A program made the translations under genes and the position numbers. Under the pieces are notes generated by a model. It made no database searches, was not told the origin of the DNA, and worked only from the letters and a program-made list of their open reading frames with translations. Shown piece after piece: positions 9,757-18,484 of a stretch of 46,919 nucleotides of DNA (within the stretch, counting starts at the first letter, position 1; each line of letters opens with the position of its first letter). The stretch lies in NCBI GenBank assembly GCA_046765795.1, contig JBKPRH010000183.1:1-46919 (forward strand). The letters are read 5' to 3'. The DNA is from Acidobacteriota bacterium. Lineage in GTDB: Bacteria > Acidobacteriota > Vicinamibacteria > Vicinamibacterales > UBA2999.

Positions 9757-9951
9757 GAGCTGTCGATGGGACGCGCACGCGGTGCGCGAATCGAATCGGC
9801 TGCTCGGAGGCGCCAGGCCCGCAGGTTGCGCCGTGCCGCCGCACGCTCACGATAGGGTCCCCGCAAAGTTGTATCAGGGGCGGGCTGACCTAATTGTGAC
9901 GCTCGGCTCCATCGACGCAACGCCGGCCTCGGCTCCCTCCGTGCAGCTCGG

Positions 9952-9979
9952 AAGACGGACGCGGTGTCCGTCTTTTACT
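9952..9979 (+). terminator. Intrinsic terminator hairpin between convergent moeA2 and BON genes
   Basis: aagacggac-gcggt-gtccgtctt (9-bp perfect stem) followed by a T-rich tail. Confidence 0.7.
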
Positions 9980-10313
9980 TGGCAGGCGCGACGGTCAATT
10001 GATTCACGATCTTGTAGCCCTCGGCTTTGTCGTGGGCGATCGCTTCAGCCGTCGACTTCTGCGCGGCAGTCGGTACGGTCCCCTTGAGCACGACGGTCTT
10101 CGTCTGCGCGTTCGTATCGACGTTGATGCTGCTGGCATCGACGCGCCCATCGGCGATCAGCGCAGACTTCACGTCAACCGTGTTGGCACCCGCAGCGGTC
10201 TTCTCTGCCACCTTTTCTGTATCCTGCTTCACACCACGAACGGTGTTAGCGCACGCACCACTCAGCGCCGCGACGACAATCAAGGCCCAAACGCTCGTAG
10301 AGTGTTTGCTCAC
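9975..10313 (-). CDS. BON-domain (OsmY-like) lipoprotein
   Basis: GTG start after a GAGGAG SD; lipobox LSGAC; BON-like VKSALIADGRV...INVDT...VVLKGTV...IVNQLTV. Confidence 0.85.
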   Translation of the reverse strand: MSKHSTSVWALIVVAALSGACANTVRGVKQDTEKVAEKTAAGANTVDVKSALIADGRVDASSINVDTNAQTKTVVLKGTVPTAAQKSTAEAIAHDKAEGYKIVNQLTVAPAK

Positions 10314-10389
10314 AATGTTTCTCCTCAAAACGCTCATCGCCCGACTCCTACTGCACGCGCGGTGCCATGTGTGCGGCTGAGGCTCTAAG

Positions 10390-10995
10390 ATGAACGGAAT
10401 GGCCGAGGCTGGCATCGTCTTGTGCGGTGGCAAGTCCACACGCATGGGGTCGTCGAAAGCACTGCTGCCGTTTGGATCGGAAACGATGCTGCAGCGCGTC
10501 GTGCGACTACTGGGGAAAGTCGTGTCACCCATGGTGGTGGTGGCGGCGGTCGATCAGGAACTGCCCGCGCTGCCGCCCGACGTGATCGTCGCGCGCGACG
10601 AGCGCGAGGCACGCGGGCCGCTCGAAGGCCTTCGCGCCGGACTGAAAGCACTGCCGCCGGAGGTCGATGCCGCGTATGTGACGAGCTGCGACGTCCCACT
10701 GCTCGTACCCAACTTCGTTCGTCAGATGCTCGAACTGGCGCACGGCTATGACATCGCGGTGATGGAGATCGACGGCTTCACCCATCCGCTGTCCGCGGTC
10801 TATCGCCGTTCGACGTTGCCCCTCGTCGAAGATCTCCTCGCGAAGAATCGCCTGCGACCGGTGTTTCTCTTCGAGGCGGTGAAGACACGGCGAGTACAGC
10901 CCGGGGAAATGACCGCCGATCCCGAGCTCCGCACGCTGCGCAATCTCAATACACGCGAAGACTACGAGCGCGCGCTGGCCGATGCAGGCCTTTAG
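10390..10995 (+). CDS. mobA: Molybdenum cofactor guanylyltransferase (start may be 10399)
   Basis: IVLCGGKSTRMG..KA, GPLEG, SCDVP, HPLSAVY and NLNTRED motifs. Confidence 0.92.
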   Translation: MNGMAEAGIVLCGGKSTRMGSSKALLPFGSETMLQRVVRLLGKVVSPMVVVAAVDQELPALPPDVIVARDEREARGPLEGLRAGLKALPPEVDAAYVTSCDVPLLVPNFVRQMLELAHGYDIAVMEIDGFTHPLSAVYRRSTLPLVEDLLAKNRLRPVFLFEAVKTRRVQPGEMTADPELRTLRNLNTREDYERALADAGL

Positions 10996-11456
10996 GTCTT
11001 GGGCACGTTCTCGCCGAGTGCCGTGGCGAGATCGATCTGGTGCTCCTGCTCCTGCCGCAGGATCTCGCGGATATCCTCGGCCAGGGCGTACTCGTGAAGC
11101 GCCTCGCACTGCACGACCCGCTCGCGATACGCGCGAATCGTCTCGGTCTCGTTCTCGAGGTCTGCGCGCAGCATCTCGCGCGCATCGTCGCTCTGCTTGA
11201 CCGGGAGCGACGTCACCGTCGGCATCCCGCCGAGGTAGTCGATCTGCTTGGCGATGATGAGCGCATGCTGCAGCTCTTCGCCGGCGTGCTTTTTGAGCTC
11301 ATCAGCGATGTTCATGTACTCGGCACCCTTCAGCACCTGTGAGTACACGACGTAGGCAATGATGGCCTGATATTCCCGGGCGAGATCCTCGTTGAGCTTG
11401 TCGATCAATTTCTCGCGGGTGATCTTCGTGGTTTCGGTGGGCGACGCTGTGGCCAT
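10992..11456 (-). CDS. Ferritin-like / bacterioferritin-related protein
   Basis: LNEDLAREYQA, EELQHA, LGGMP, DLENE and EQEH ferroxidase-type ExxH motifs. Confidence 0.85.
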   Translation of the reverse strand: MATASPTETTKITREKLIDKLNEDLAREYQAIIAYVVYSQVLKGAEYMNIADELKKHAGEELQHALIIAKQIDYLGGMPTVTSLPVKQSDDAREMLRADLENETETIRAYRERVVQCEALHEYALAEDIREILRQEQEHQIDLATALGENVPKT

Positions 11457-11554
11457 AAGACGGTCTCCGGACGTAATTCGCGATCGAATGCGATCCTGCT
11501 GGCCGTACAGCAAAGCTCGTGCTAGACCGAGCTGGACTGCTAGAATCCGCCGCT

Positions 11555-13186
11555 ATGACCATCCGAATGAGAGGCGCGCTGGCTATGCTCGCACTTGCCG
11601 TGCTCGCGCACGGCATCGTGAAAGCGCAGTCGCCGCAGGCTGCTCAGCCAAAGGTCGATGCGATTTTTAGTCGCTTTACTTCGTCCACGCCAGGCTGCGC
11701 AGTGGGTGCCGATGTTCGCGGCGAGCGCGTGATTCGCGCGGCCTATGGCAGCGCCGACCTCGAGCACGACGTCCCGATCACCACCGACACCATCTTCGAG
11801 GCCGGGTCAGTGTCGAAGCAGTTCACCGCCGCGGCGGTGGCGCTCCTGGCGCGCGACGGCAAGCTGTCGCTGGACGAGCCGGTTCGCAAGTACGTTCCTG
11901 AACTGCCTGATTTCGGCGCGCCGCTGACCATCCGCATGATGCTGCAGCACACCAGCGGGTTGCGCGACTGGGGCAATCTAGTGGCGCTTGCCGGCTGGCC
12001 ACGAACCACGCGCGTCCACACCCACGCGCACATCATCGACGTGCTGAGCCGACAGCGCTCGCTCAACTTTCCACCGGGCACTCGTTGGTCGTACTCGAAT
12101 TCGGGCTACAACATGGCCGCGATCATCGTGTCGCGAGTCAGCGGCAAGTCGTTTGCGGAATTTACCAAGACGAGACTCTTCGATCCGCTGGGAATGAAAG
12201 ACACCTCCTGGCGCGACGATTACACCCGCATCGTGAAGCGTCGGGCAAATGCCTACGCCAACCGTGGGGGAACGTTCACCCTCAGCATGCCGTTCGAAAA
12301 CGTCTATGGCAACGGCGGGCTGTTGACGACGGTGGGTGATCTGTTGAAGTGGAACGCCAACTTCTCGACGCACATCGTCGGTGATACCGCGTTTGTGAAC
12401 CTCATGGAACAACGCACCACGTTGCCGGGCGGTCGGACGCACGAGTACGCGCTCGGTTTGTACGTGGACACATACAAGGGCGTCCGCGAAGTGGATCACA
12501 GCGGCGGAACCGCCGGCTACTCAGCGCACCTGGTGAGGTATCCGGATCAACAGGTATCAGTGGCCGTTCTCTGCAACGTCGCCGGAGCCAATGCGACCGC
12601 ATATGCCAAGTCCGTGGGGGAGCTTTATCTCAGTGGCCTCCGTCCAGCGACGCCACCAAAGCCGACTCACACCTTGACCGATACTGAGGCCGCGCGGCTC
12701 GTCGGACTCTATCGCTCGCTGAAGCCAGCCGGCGTCCTGAGGATCGAGCGCGACAAGGACGGCGGCCTGATGGCGCGCGACGTCGCGCGCCTCGTGCCGA
12801 TGTCGGCGACGCGCTTCGCCACAATCGACCTCTCAACCTACGAGTTCGACGGCCAAGCACAGCTGCGGGTGACGGACGAATTCGGCACGGTCGACGTGTA
12901 CGACCGCATGGAGCCCGCGACGCCAAACGTCGAGGCGCTGAAGGTCTTCACCGGACGGTATGTGAGCGACGAGATCGAAACCACAATGGAGGTCGCGCTG
13001 GATGGTGACCGGCTGATCGTCCGGCGGCGGCCTGACTTCGAGGCGCCGCTCGTCCCAGTCTGGTCGAACGGCTTCTTTAGTCCGCCGCTTGGTTGGATCA
13101 TCTTCGCGCGCGATGCCGCGGGTCAGGTGATCTCGATGAGCATCAATCAGGATCGCGCGTGGGACGTGAGGTTCTCACGTCAGTAA
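11555..13186 (+). CDS. Secreted serine hydrolase, beta-lactamase class C family
   Basis: Signal peptide; GSVSKQF (SxxK), LLxHTSG-like segment, YSN and HSGG motifs. Confidence 0.9.
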   Translation: MTIRMRGALAMLALAVLAHGIVKAQSPQAAQPKVDAIFSRFTSSTPGCAVGADVRGERVIRAAYGSADLEHDVPITTDTIFEAGSVSKQFTAAAVALLARDGKLSLDEPVRKYVPELPDFGAPLTIRMMLQHTSGLRDWGNLVALAGWPRTTRVHTHAHIIDVLSRQRSLNFPPGTRWSYSNSGYNMAAIIVSRVSGKSFAEFTKTRLFDPLGMKDTSWRDDYTRIVKRRANAYANRGGTFTLSMPFENVYGNGGLLTTVGDLLKWNANFSTHIVGDTAFVNLMEQRTTLPGGRTHEYALGLYVDTYKGVREVDHSGGTAGYSAHLVRYPDQQVSVAVLCNVAGANATAYAKSVGELYLSGLRPATPPKPTHTLTDTEAARLVGLYRSLKPAGVLRIERDKDGGLMARDVARLVPMSATRFATIDLSTYEFDGQAQLRVTDEFGTVDVYDRMEPATPNVEALKVFTGRYVSDEIETTMEVALDGDRLIVRRRPDFEAPLVPVWSNGFFSPPLGWIIFARDAAGQVISMSINQDRAWDVRFSRQ

Positions 13187-13201
13187 GGTCGTGGCTAAGA
13201 C

Positions 13202-13525
13202 ATGCGACGCCGACGACTCCAATACGCACTGGTCATCATCGCCCTCGTGGCGCTTCCATTACTTTTGGATCAGCCCAAGAGCGAGCCGCACGTCTTCAGC
13301 GGTACTGTTCGCGAATGGAAAGCGGGCGAATCGATTACCGTCGTCAGTGAACAGACCGCCCCAGCCGGCTTCACTGCGCGCTTGCACAAGACACGTTACG
13401 AGGGACGCGCGGATCAGATTGTCACGGGAGCGAGCGTCACTATCTGGTACCGGATCGTCGGCGAGTCACGTCCGGTGGTGGACAAAGTGCGCGTGAACGA
13501 AGCAGCCGACCGACCTTCCCGATAA
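13202..13525 (+). CDS. Hypothetical membrane-anchored protein
   Basis: Basic N-terminus and one hydrophobic helix, then a beta-rich domain; fills the gap after the hydrolase. Confidence 0.6.
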   Translation: MRRRRLQYALVIIALVALPLLLDQPKSEPHVFSGTVREWKAGESITVVSEQTAPAGFTARLHKTRYEGRADQIVTGASVTIWYRIVGESRPVVDKVRVNEAADRPSR

Positions 13526-13549
13526 GGTCGCAGACGGTAAAGTAAGTCT

Positions 13550-13747
13550 CTACGCTCTTCGTAGGGTAAACACGAAGATACCGCCCGTCACGAGGCCAAC
13601 GAATGGCCCGGCCACAACGACCGGCGTCAGGTAGTCAACAGACAACGCAGCTGGAACGAGGAGCCAGCCCATAAATGCGCTGGCACATGCGCCGACAATC
13701 CAGGCATAGCCGAGTGTCTTGAGCATTCGTTCAGTCGCAGCTGTCAT
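13550..13747 (-). CDS. Small hypothetical two-helix membrane protein
   Basis: 65 aa with two hydrophobic segments; the only sensible ORF in the gap. Confidence 0.5.
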   Translation of the reverse strand: MTAATERMLKTLGYAWIVGACASAFMGWLLVPAALSVDYLTPVVVAGPFVGLVTGGIFVFTLRRA

Positions 13748-13770
13748 GAACAGCGTATCGGCTGAACGAA

Positions 13771-13795
13771 GGCGGGTCTAAAGACCCGCCTCTAC
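13771..13795 (-). repeat. Family A GTAG REP
   Basis: ggcgggtctaaagacccgcctctac, identical to 44444-44468. Confidence 0.9.
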
Positions 13796-13799
13796 GAGG

Positions 13800-15443
13800 T
13801 CATTCCGTGCAGGTGTAGCTCGCCGCGTTGTTCTCCGTGCCTGGCGCGCCGGTGAACTTCGGGAACTTCGGCCACTCGCACAACGGACGTGCCCGGTTTG
13901 CGTTCGGGTTGCCATCTGTCGTGACAAGCCCCGATGGCGCTTTGCCCTTCTCCACCCACTCCTGCAGCGCCGTAAGGCTATCGATCTTCGCGTTGAAGAT
14001 ACCGAAGCCGTGGCCGAAGCCGGGAATCATGTAGAACCGCATGAAACTGTCCACGCCCGACTTGCCGAACTGCTTCACCTGCCGCTGGTAATAGAGCTCG
14101 GAGTTATGCGGGGTGATGAAGTCGTCCACCGTGCCGTGGGTCATGATGATCTTGCCGCCCTTGGCTTTGAACTTCTCCAGGCTCACGTCGCTCACGTCCA
14201 TCGTCGACGCGACGATCTTGATGCGCTCCTGATACTTCTTCGGATCGAACGTCATCGTGTCGAGCTTGGGATTGCGCGTGATGATGAACTTGGCGGTCTG
14301 ATCGCCGGCGGTATAGAGCAGCGGCTCTTTGCCTGACAGCGGGTTCGACGGCTGCGGCACCTGGCCGAAGCTCGAACGGCCCTGGAACAGCGCGCCCTCG
14401 AGCAGCGCCCAGCGCGGGAACGTGTCCATGCCCGCGATCGCGAAGCCGGGCTTGTAATCGCTGGTGATCTTCGCCACGGCCGCGAGCTGCGCATCGGACA
14501 GACACGTGTCACCAGTGTCGGACCCGTTTGAGCACCGCAGCGTTTTTACGTCGAAGGCCTTGTTGCACGCCTTCACGTCGCTGATGATGCCGTCCTTCGC
14601 GCCGTCGAGCAGATCGCACTTCGCGTACACCGCATCGGTGATCAGCTTGACCTGCGCAGGATTCATCCACGCCGCACCGCCGCCCTCATACAGCGCGCGG
14701 CCGACGTTCAACGATCCCAGATGCAACAGCGTGACGTTGTACGCCGGATAGTTGGCGACGACGCCGTCGTAGTCGTTCGAGTAGCGCGCGGCCGCATCCA
14801 GCGCTTCGTGGCCGCCCTGCGACCCGCCGATGAAATAGAACCGCTCGGGCGCGCGGCCGTAGGCCTTCTGGATGATCGCCATCGCCGCGTCGTGGCCCTT
14901 CTTGATCGACTCCTTGCCGAAGTTTCGGAGCGCTTCATCGTCGAGCGCGAACGAGCCATCGAAACCCTGAGTGGACTTGTGACCACCGTCAGTCCCGAGC
15001 GTGACGAATCCCTGCTTGAGCGGGTTGTCCACCTTCGCCGGCTGCAGTGTGAAGCCGGTCAGCCCGGTGACCAACGTGCCGTTGTAGCCGCCGCCGCCCA
15101 TCTGCAGCGCGCGCCGATTCCACGATTGCGGCAGATTGACTTCGAACTCCAGATTCGGCGAGCTCGCGTTGTGCGGCTTGACGATGCCAGTCACTTTGCA
15201 GAAGTCGCCATTGGTGTTGCCCTGCTCGGAAGCGGCAACCGCGACGGCCGTCTGGACGACCGCGCCGTTCGTAGGCAAGCCGATCGCCGACGCGGGGATC
15301 GACAGCCCCTGCAGGCTGGCGCAGGCCGCGGACGGCAGCGGCGTGCGGCCATCCTGTGCCGACATAGGGACGGCCACGCTCGCGAGCGCGGCGGCGAAGA
15401 GGATGAACGCGCAGCGCGACATGCTCGGATATCTCATGCGCAT
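13800..15443 (-). CDS. Tannase/feruloyl esterase family alpha/beta hydrolase, secreted (start 15443, 15437 or 15422)
   Basis: Signal peptide; FEVNLPQSWN, GGGGYNG, TDGGH, GGSQGG nucleophile, GGKIIMTHGTVD, PGFGH and RPLCEWP. Confidence 0.88.
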   Translation of the reverse strand: MRMRYPSMSRCAFILFAAALASVAVPMSAQDGRTPLPSAACASLQGLSIPASAIGLPTNGAVVQTAVAVAASEQGNTNGDFCKVTGIVKPHNASSPNLEFEVNLPQSWNRRALQMGGGGYNGTLVTGLTGFTLQPAKVDNPLKQGFVTLGTDGGHKSTQGFDGSFALDDEALRNFGKESIKKGHDAAMAIIQKAYGRAPERFYFIGGSQGGHEALDAAARYSNDYDGVVANYPAYNVTLLHLGSLNVGRALYEGGGAAWMNPAQVKLITDAVYAKCDLLDGAKDGIISDVKACNKAFDVKTLRCSNGSDTGDTCLSDAQLAAVAKITSDYKPGFAIAGMDTFPRWALLEGALFQGRSSFGQVPQPSNPLSGKEPLLYTAGDQTAKFIITRNPKLDTMTFDPKKYQERIKIVASTMDVSDVSLEKFKAKGGKIIMTHGTVDDFITPHNSELYYQRQVKQFGKSGVDSFMRFYMIPGFGHGFGIFNAKIDSLTALQEWVEKGKAPSGLVTTDGNPNANRARPLCEWPKFPKFTGAPGTENNAASYTCTE

Positions 15444-15493
15444 ATTATGAACCGGCGGCCGCGCATATAATCCGTCCCGCCTTGCGTCCCCAC

Positions 15494-17227
15494 ATGAGTC
15501 TCCGCTTTGCTCCCGCGCGCGTCGAAATCGAGCGGCGCGCGGATGGCGCACAGATCCTGCGATCGCCGGAACCGCTGCGACCGATCGCACGCGCGACCGG
15601 CGAGTGGCTGTTGCAGTGGGCGGCTGCGGCGCCGGACCGCACGTTTCTCGCCGAGCGATCGGGCGACGGTTGGCGCCGCGTCACGTACAACGATGCGCTC
15701 GACGCCGTACGCCGTATCGGCGGCTCTCTGCTGACCCGTGGTCTGACCGCATCAACACCCGTCGCAGTCCTCTCCGACAACTCGGTCAACCATGCGCTGC
15801 TCGCGCTCGGCGCGATGCACGCCGGCATTCCGGTCGCGCCAATCTCGCCGGCGTACTCATTGCTGTCGAGCGATCACGCGAAGCTGAAAGCGATCTTCGA
15901 GCTGCTCCGGCCCGGACTGGTGTTCACCGACGATGCGGCGAAGTTCCAACCCGCACTGGCTGCAGTCGGCGCGTCGGCGACCTCGATCACGGCGTTGCTC
16001 GAGAACGAGAACCGCGCCGGTATCGATGACGCGTTCGCCGCCATCGGCCCCGACACGATCGCCAAGATCTTGTTCACCTCGGGATCGACCGGCGCACCGA
16101 AAGGCGTGATCAACACGCAGCGGATGCTCTGTTCCAATCAGCAGGCGTTCGTGCAGGCGTGGCCATTCCTCGAGGATGCGCCGCCAGTGCTCTGCGAATG
16201 GCTGCCCTGGAATCACACGTTCGGCGGCAACGCCACCTTCAACATCGTCCTCCGCAACGGCGGAACGCTGTATATCGACGGTGGCAAGCCGACGCCCGAT
16301 CTGATCGGCACGACTGCGCGCAATCTCAAGGAGATATCGCCGACTCTCTATTTCAACGTGCCGCGCGGATATGACCTGTTGTTGCCGCTGATCGAGGCCG
16401 ACGAGGCGCTGGGGCGAGCGTTCTTCTCCCGGCTGAATGCGATGTTCTACGCCGGTGCCGCCCTGCCGCAGAATCTCTACGATCGCCTGCATGCGCTGAT
16501 CCCGCCTGAGCGAACCGGTCGCACTCTGATGATGTCGGGATGGGGAGCAACCGAGACGGCGCCGCTTGCCGCGATTGTCCACTTTCCGATCGATCGTGCC
16601 GGTGTCATCGGCAATCCAGCGCCAGGTACTGAGTTGAAGCTGCTGCCCTCCGGCACCAAGCTCGAAGTCCGCGTCCGGGGCCCCAACGTCACGCCCGGCT
16701 ACTACCGGAACGCCGAGCTCACGCGCGCGGCGTTCGACGAGGACGGCTTCTACAAGATCGGCGACGCCATGCGCTTGCTCGACCCGGATGATCCGGCGAA
16801 GGGCCTGGTGTTCGATGGCCGCGTCGCCGAAGACTTCAAGCTGCAGTCTGGCACGTGGGTCCACACTGGTGCGGTCCGCGTACGACTGATCGCCGCATGC
16901 GACTCGCTCGTGCAGGACGCGGTGATCACCGGACACGACCGCACCGAAGTCGGCGCACTGGTCTGGCTCAACGCCGCCTCGGCGCACAGCCTGGGCGAGG
17001 CCGAAGTCCTGTCGAGACTGCAGGCCGCGCTCGCCTCGCTTCATGCCGACGCGGCGGCCAGCTCGATGGCCCCGAAGCGGCTGCTCGTGCTCGACCATCC
17101 GCCGTCGATCGACGAGGGCGAGATCACTGACAAGGGCTACATCAACCAGCGCGCGGTGCTCGAGCGCCGCGCCTCGCATGTGGATCATCTGCACGCCGGC
17201 GGCCCTGGCGTGATCGTCGCAGAGTAG
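15494..17227 (+). CDS. fcs: Feruloyl-CoA synthase (acyl-CoA ligase)
   Basis: FTSGSTGAPKGV, WLPWNHTFGGN, GWGATET, FDGRVAEDFKL and EITDKGYINQRAVL, typical of the Fcs subfamily. Confidence 0.88.
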   Translation: MSLRFAPARVEIERRADGAQILRSPEPLRPIARATGEWLLQWAAAAPDRTFLAERSGDGWRRVTYNDALDAVRRIGGSLLTRGLTASTPVAVLSDNSVNHALLALGAMHAGIPVAPISPAYSLLSSDHAKLKAIFELLRPGLVFTDDAAKFQPALAAVGASATSITALLENENRAGIDDAFAAIGPDTIAKILFTSGSTGAPKGVINTQRMLCSNQQAFVQAWPFLEDAPPVLCEWLPWNHTFGGNATFNIVLRNGGTLYIDGGKPTPDLIGTTARNLKEISPTLYFNVPRGYDLLLPLIEADEALGRAFFSRLNAMFYAGAALPQNLYDRLHALIPPERTGRTLMMSGWGATETAPLAAIVHFPIDRAGVIGNPAPGTELKLLPSGTKLEVRVRGPNVTPGYYRNAELTRAAFDEDGFYKIGDAMRLLDPDDPAKGLVFDGRVAEDFKLQSGTWVHTGAVRVRLIAACDSLVQDAVITGHDRTEVGALVWLNAASAHSLGEAEVLSRLQAALASLHADAAASSMAPKRLLVLDHPPSIDEGEITDKGYINQRAVLERRASHVDHLHAGGPGVIVAE

Positions 17228-17229
17228 CC

Positions 17230-18144
17230 CTACTTCCGTCGAGAAATCGCCGGTGGCTCAGTGATGCGTGCGGAGTCGAACGCCGCGAGCACCAGCGGCG
17301 ACACCGGATCGCGATCGACAGCGACGAGACCCACGCTGTGCTCGACGAGGGGATCTGTCAGGGGCACGGCCCGAACATCAGAGATCGGGCCCATGATCTC
17401 GAGGAAGTACTCAGGGATGATGCTGACCATTCCCATCAGATGCACGTTGGCGCACAGGTTGATCACCGAGTTGGTCTCGAGCCTCGGGATCGGCGCACTG
17501 TTGGCGTCGCGGAAGGCGCGGTCGATGATGCGCCGGTTCTGCATATCAGGGGTGAGCAGGCACAACGGTTCCTTCGCGGCGTCGGTCCACGTCACCGACA
17601 TGGCACCGGCGAGCGGATGATCGGCGCGGACCAGCAGGCAGTAACGCTCCATATAGATCGCCTCTGCGCGCATGCCTTCGATGGGCTCGTTATCCAGATA
17701 CGTGAGCCCGACGTCGATCGAGAAGTCCTCGAGGTTGCGCAGAATCTCGATCGAGCTTTGCGAGAGCACGGTGAGCTCGACCTCCGAATGATGCTCGCGG
17801 AGCGCGCGTCCAATCAGCCCCGCCATGGGCAGCGCCGATGGGATCACACCGATCGACAGACGACCTGAAAGGGCACCGGACGCATGACGCAGCGCATCGA
17901 TTTCCTGCTGCATCGATGTCCAGTTGTCGAGAATGACCTGCGCCCACTTGAGCACCCGCTCGCCTTCACGGGTCAATCCATGGAACCGCTGGCCGCGCTC
18001 GACGATCGGCACACCGAGTTCCTGTTCGAGCTGACGGATTCGGCCGGAGAGCGTCGGCTGCGTCACATGACAGGCCTGCGCGGCGCGCGTGAAGTGTTTC
18101 TCGCGCGCGAGCGCGACCAGGTATTGCAGCTGGCGGATGTCCAT
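17230..18144 (-). CDS. LysR-family transcriptional regulator (resembles the LysRs found next to formate dehydrogenase operons)
   Basis: LysR HTH (HFTRAAQACHVTQPTLS) and substrate domain with PLCLLTPDMQNRRIID. Confidence 0.9.
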   Translation of the reverse strand: MDIRQLQYLVALAREKHFTRAAQACHVTQPTLSGRIRQLEQELGVPIVERGQRFHGLTREGERVLKWAQVILDNWTSMQQEIDALRHASGALSGRLSIGVIPSALPMAGLIGRALREHHSEVELTVLSQSSIEILRNLEDFSIDVGLTYLDNEPIEGMRAEAIYMERYCLLVRADHPLAGAMSVTWTDAAKEPLCLLTPDMQNRRIIDRAFRDANSAPIPRLETNSVINLCANVHLMGMVSIIPEYFLEIMGPISDVRAVPLTDPLVEHSVGLVAVDRDPVSPLVLAAFDSARITEPPAISRRK

Positions 18145-18484
18145 CCACTCTCAGCGTAATTCAGGTTGCGGATTCGGCATCTGGCGCCGATACATCCTCA
18201 GGGGCCGAGATTGCATCGGGCGGATTTCGCTTCACAGTCCTGCGCCGATCATCACGACCCCAACCGGCAAGAACGTCAGCGACCAGACAGGATCGTGATG
18301 AAGCAGCCGAGCCAGATCACCGCGGCCAACGCACGTTTGGCCTGCAACATCTGTGGTTCGACGCACTTACGGTCATCGGCGGCGACGAACATTCGTGGCA
18401 CATCGATTGCGAAAAGTGTCATCTCGTCGCAGTCGCGGTGTCATGCCGGAGACGCGCGAGTCGGACCACAGCTAGGACCTCGGG

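Noticed and set aside
9757-9950. Moco/W riboswitch, 6S, SRP or c-di-GMP riboswitch
   Set aside because: It lies between convergent gene ends and I could not find the diagnostic conserved motifs; kept only as an unassigned structured candidate.
13202-13795. Integron cassette array
   Set aside because: No recognisable attC sites or integrase; the adjacent palindrome is a REP.
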